From Octopus vulgaris (Eukaryota), in assembly GCA_951406725.2 (NCBI GenBank), contig OX597840.1, positions 186,001 through 250,000 of the forward strand: 64,000 nucleotides of DNA, written 5' to 3'. The notes beneath the pieces are model-generated. The model was not told the DNA's origin and ran no database searches. It saw only the letters and a program-made list of their open reading frames with translations. Of the stretch, positions 61,189-64,000 are shown piece by piece (the stretch's first letter is position 1; every line of letters begins with the position of its first letter). The position numbers were made by a program, and so were the translations under genes.

Positions 61189-62149
61189 CATGCTAACAAA
61201 TCATTTTCGATTTCCAGTCACGGTGGTAGTTAGGTGTTATATTTACAAGTTTTAAAAACTTGTCTAACACACATGATGGCGGAAAACAGAAGAATTATCT
61301 GGAAGCAAAAATCTATATTATTTTCTCGATAAAAAAAATAGAAGGAAAATGGCGGCGCATCAAAAGTTTCAGCGATTTTTGTTCTTGTTTTGTGGGAGAT
61401 GGGAATTGTCAATTTTAGAACTGCTGACGTAGGGGATCTCCTGTCGATTCACTTATCCCTTGTTGGGACATGAAATATCTTGGTCACGGACAGAAATTAT
61501 TACCATATTTTCAGACCAGAAGCACGACATGCTGACTAAAATCGATAGGCTTGCCTATTCTTCGATCGACAAACGCCATCAGTCGGTTTTAGCTATCAAT
61601 TCATCCAGCTTAAAATCTCCCTCGTATTTAGAAAAAAAAAAAAGAAAAGACAACCCCATCCCCCCAAAAAAAGGACAAAACGAAAAACAAAAACAAAAAG
61701 CCACGAAATCAAACAAAAAAATAAATATAGTAAACAATTTTGTTTTCTGAAAAGTGTCAAAATTTTCATTTGTAAAAAAAAAACGAAAAAGGAAAAACAT
61801 AAATAAAGAGAAATAAAATAAACTCGAAAAATTCCTGACGAGTTTCGAAATTGGTTGAGCTGATTGGAATTTTGAAATTTCTTGCAGCATCTTTCCCACC
61901 TCCCCATCATCGCCGTTACTCCCCTCATCTTTAAAATATAAAATGAAATTCAAGAAATTAGATCGACAAATTTTTTTGACTTCTCTGCTGGCCATTTTAT
62001 CTGTTATGGTTATTATTGAGGTTTTTGCTGCTGCTGTTGTTGTTGTTATTGTTGTGGTGGTGGTGGTGGTGATGGAGGTGATGGTAGGGTTGTAGGTGAT
62101 GGTGGTGGCATTATTAATATCCCACCATCTGATGCCCCTGTGGCAAATA

Positions 62150-62670
62150 ACGAAAATCGTCATCATCTTCGTCATCATTGTCATCACATCACCATCATCG
62201 TGGTCATCATCATCATAGTCGTCATCATCATCATCATCATCATCATCATCAGCGTTGTCGAAGTCGTCAAAATCGACACCAGTTACACCACAACCCGGAC
62301 CGCCAGCACTACAAATTTAATCACCATCATCATAATCATCATCAATATCATAATCATCATCATCATCATCATCGTCATCATCATCATCATCATCATCATC
62401 ATCACCACCACCATCATCGTCATCATCATCATAATCATCGTCATCATCACCATCTTCATCATCATTGCTGTTTTCTCCATCATAATCATCATCATCATCC
62501 TCATCATGACCATCATCATCCAGATTCTCCTCTTCCTCCTCATCATCATCGTCATTATCATCACCGTCATCAATATTAACATCGCTGCCATCTCCAACAA
62601 CGCCACAGGCGGAATGATCAACATCAGCTGCACCACACCGACCACCATCACCACCACCACCACCACCACC

Positions 62671-62716
<46 letters not shown>

Positions 62717-62780
62717 CCATCATCATTATCACCACCACCACCACCGCCACCACCACCACCACCACCACCATCATCATCAT
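62150..62780. repeat. (CAT)n/(CAC)n degenerate tract
   Basis: Direct reading. Confidence 0.95.
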
Positions 62781-62794
62781 CAAGAACTTCATCG

Positions 62795-63225
62795 GGAGAC
62801 CGGCAGAAATTGTTAGCATGCCGAACAAAACAGTTAGTGGCATATTTTTTTCCGGCTCTTCAGGTTCTGATCTGAAATGCTTTGGCAAATTTTTGCTTTC
62901 GACTTTTTTTGGAGTCGATTAAAACGAAGTACTAGTGATATACTGGGGGTCGATGTAACGGGATTTCCCCCTTTTCCCTCAAAACTGCTGGTCACGTGCA
63001 TTTAATTAAAACCAAATTACTATTAATACAACGAAGGATGAAATGATTAGCAACACATCTTCCGAATCATCACGATATGAGTTCAAATGCCGTCGAGGTC
63101 AACTTTGCCTTTCATCCTTTCGGGGTCGATGAAATAAGCGCCGGCCGCGTCCTTGGCGGGTGGGGGTCAATGTAATCGACAAGTTCTGTCCCGTAAAGTT
63201 TCAGGTTTTGTGCCTCTAATGGAAA
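62795..63225 (+). mobile_element. Two old, diverged SINE B copies followed by a (CTA/CAC)n tract to about 63605
   Basis: GGCAGAAATTGTTAGC...; GAGTTCAAATGCCGTCGAGGTCAACTTTGCCTTTCATCCTTTCGGGGTCGAT. Confidence 0.75.
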
Positions 63226-63227
63226 GA

Positions 63228-63274
<47 letters not shown>

Positions 63275-63469
63275 AACCACCACCCACCACCACCACTACC
63301 ACCACCACCATCACTACTACTACTACTACTACCACTACTACTATTACTACTACTATTACTACTACTACTACTACCACCACCACCACCACCACTACCACCA
63401 CCAAAACCAGCGCCAGCACAATCACTACCACCATTACTACTACTACTACTACTACTACTGCTGCTGCTG

Positions 63470-63515
<46 letters not shown>

Positions 63516-64000
63516 TACTATAACTACTACTACTGTCACCACCACCTCCACCTCCACCACTACCACCACCATCATCACCACAACTACTACCACCACCACG
63601 ACCATTACTTGTTTCTGTTGTTGTACTAATAGTCCCCCTTTTATTTTCTGCGCCCCTTCGTCATTTGCTTCCACTTGACGAGTCTCACCCATCTTCGTCT
63701 GCCTTTACGAACCAGCAATATTTTTTACTTTTCGCTTTGCTTCTTTCTGCCATTGTTTTCTCATTTCATTATTTTGTTTTTTAATAACTACATCGAAAGT
63801 TTCATCTCTTACGCAATCCGCTTGTTTGTTTCGTTGTTTGTGTTTGTATATGTAAGGGTGTGTATCTGTGTGTGTATGTATGTATGAACGTGTGTATATG
63901 CGTGTGAATTTGTGTGTCTATGTGTTGTTTGTAAGTGTTTGTGGGTGTTTCAAAATGGCCGACTATTTAGGCATTAAAAACCCTTTCAAAAAAGCAAAGA

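Overview
Eukaryotic, very AT-rich, microsatellite-saturated non-coding DNA with no recognisable host protein-coding exon, rRNA or true tRNA gene. It is probably a giant intron or intergenic region of an octopus genome; this is inferred from the tRNA-derived SINE families and the (TA)n/(TATC)n/(CA)n/(GAT)n load, not confirmed by a search. Nearly all listed ORFs are translations of simple repeats. The real content is mobile DNA. There are four recurrent SINE families (here A-D, about 25 copies or fragments) and decayed Tc1/mariner transposons. There is also a hAT MITE with TSD, a probable non-autonomous Helitron, a probable LTR remnant and three coding fragments of Penelope-like elements (PLEs: one RT N-terminus, two GIY-YIG C-termini). 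The most striking signal is about 10-12 type I hammerhead-ribozyme motifs in short PLE-derived islands, mostly embedded in (TA)n tracts. Several are arranged head-to-head as palindromes, some carry covarying (U3-A8) cores or ~100-nt stem II insertions, and one lies in a 481-bp directly repeated, retrozyme-like unit. SINE family B shows GGTA-initiated target sites and headless tandem units suggestive of self-targeting.
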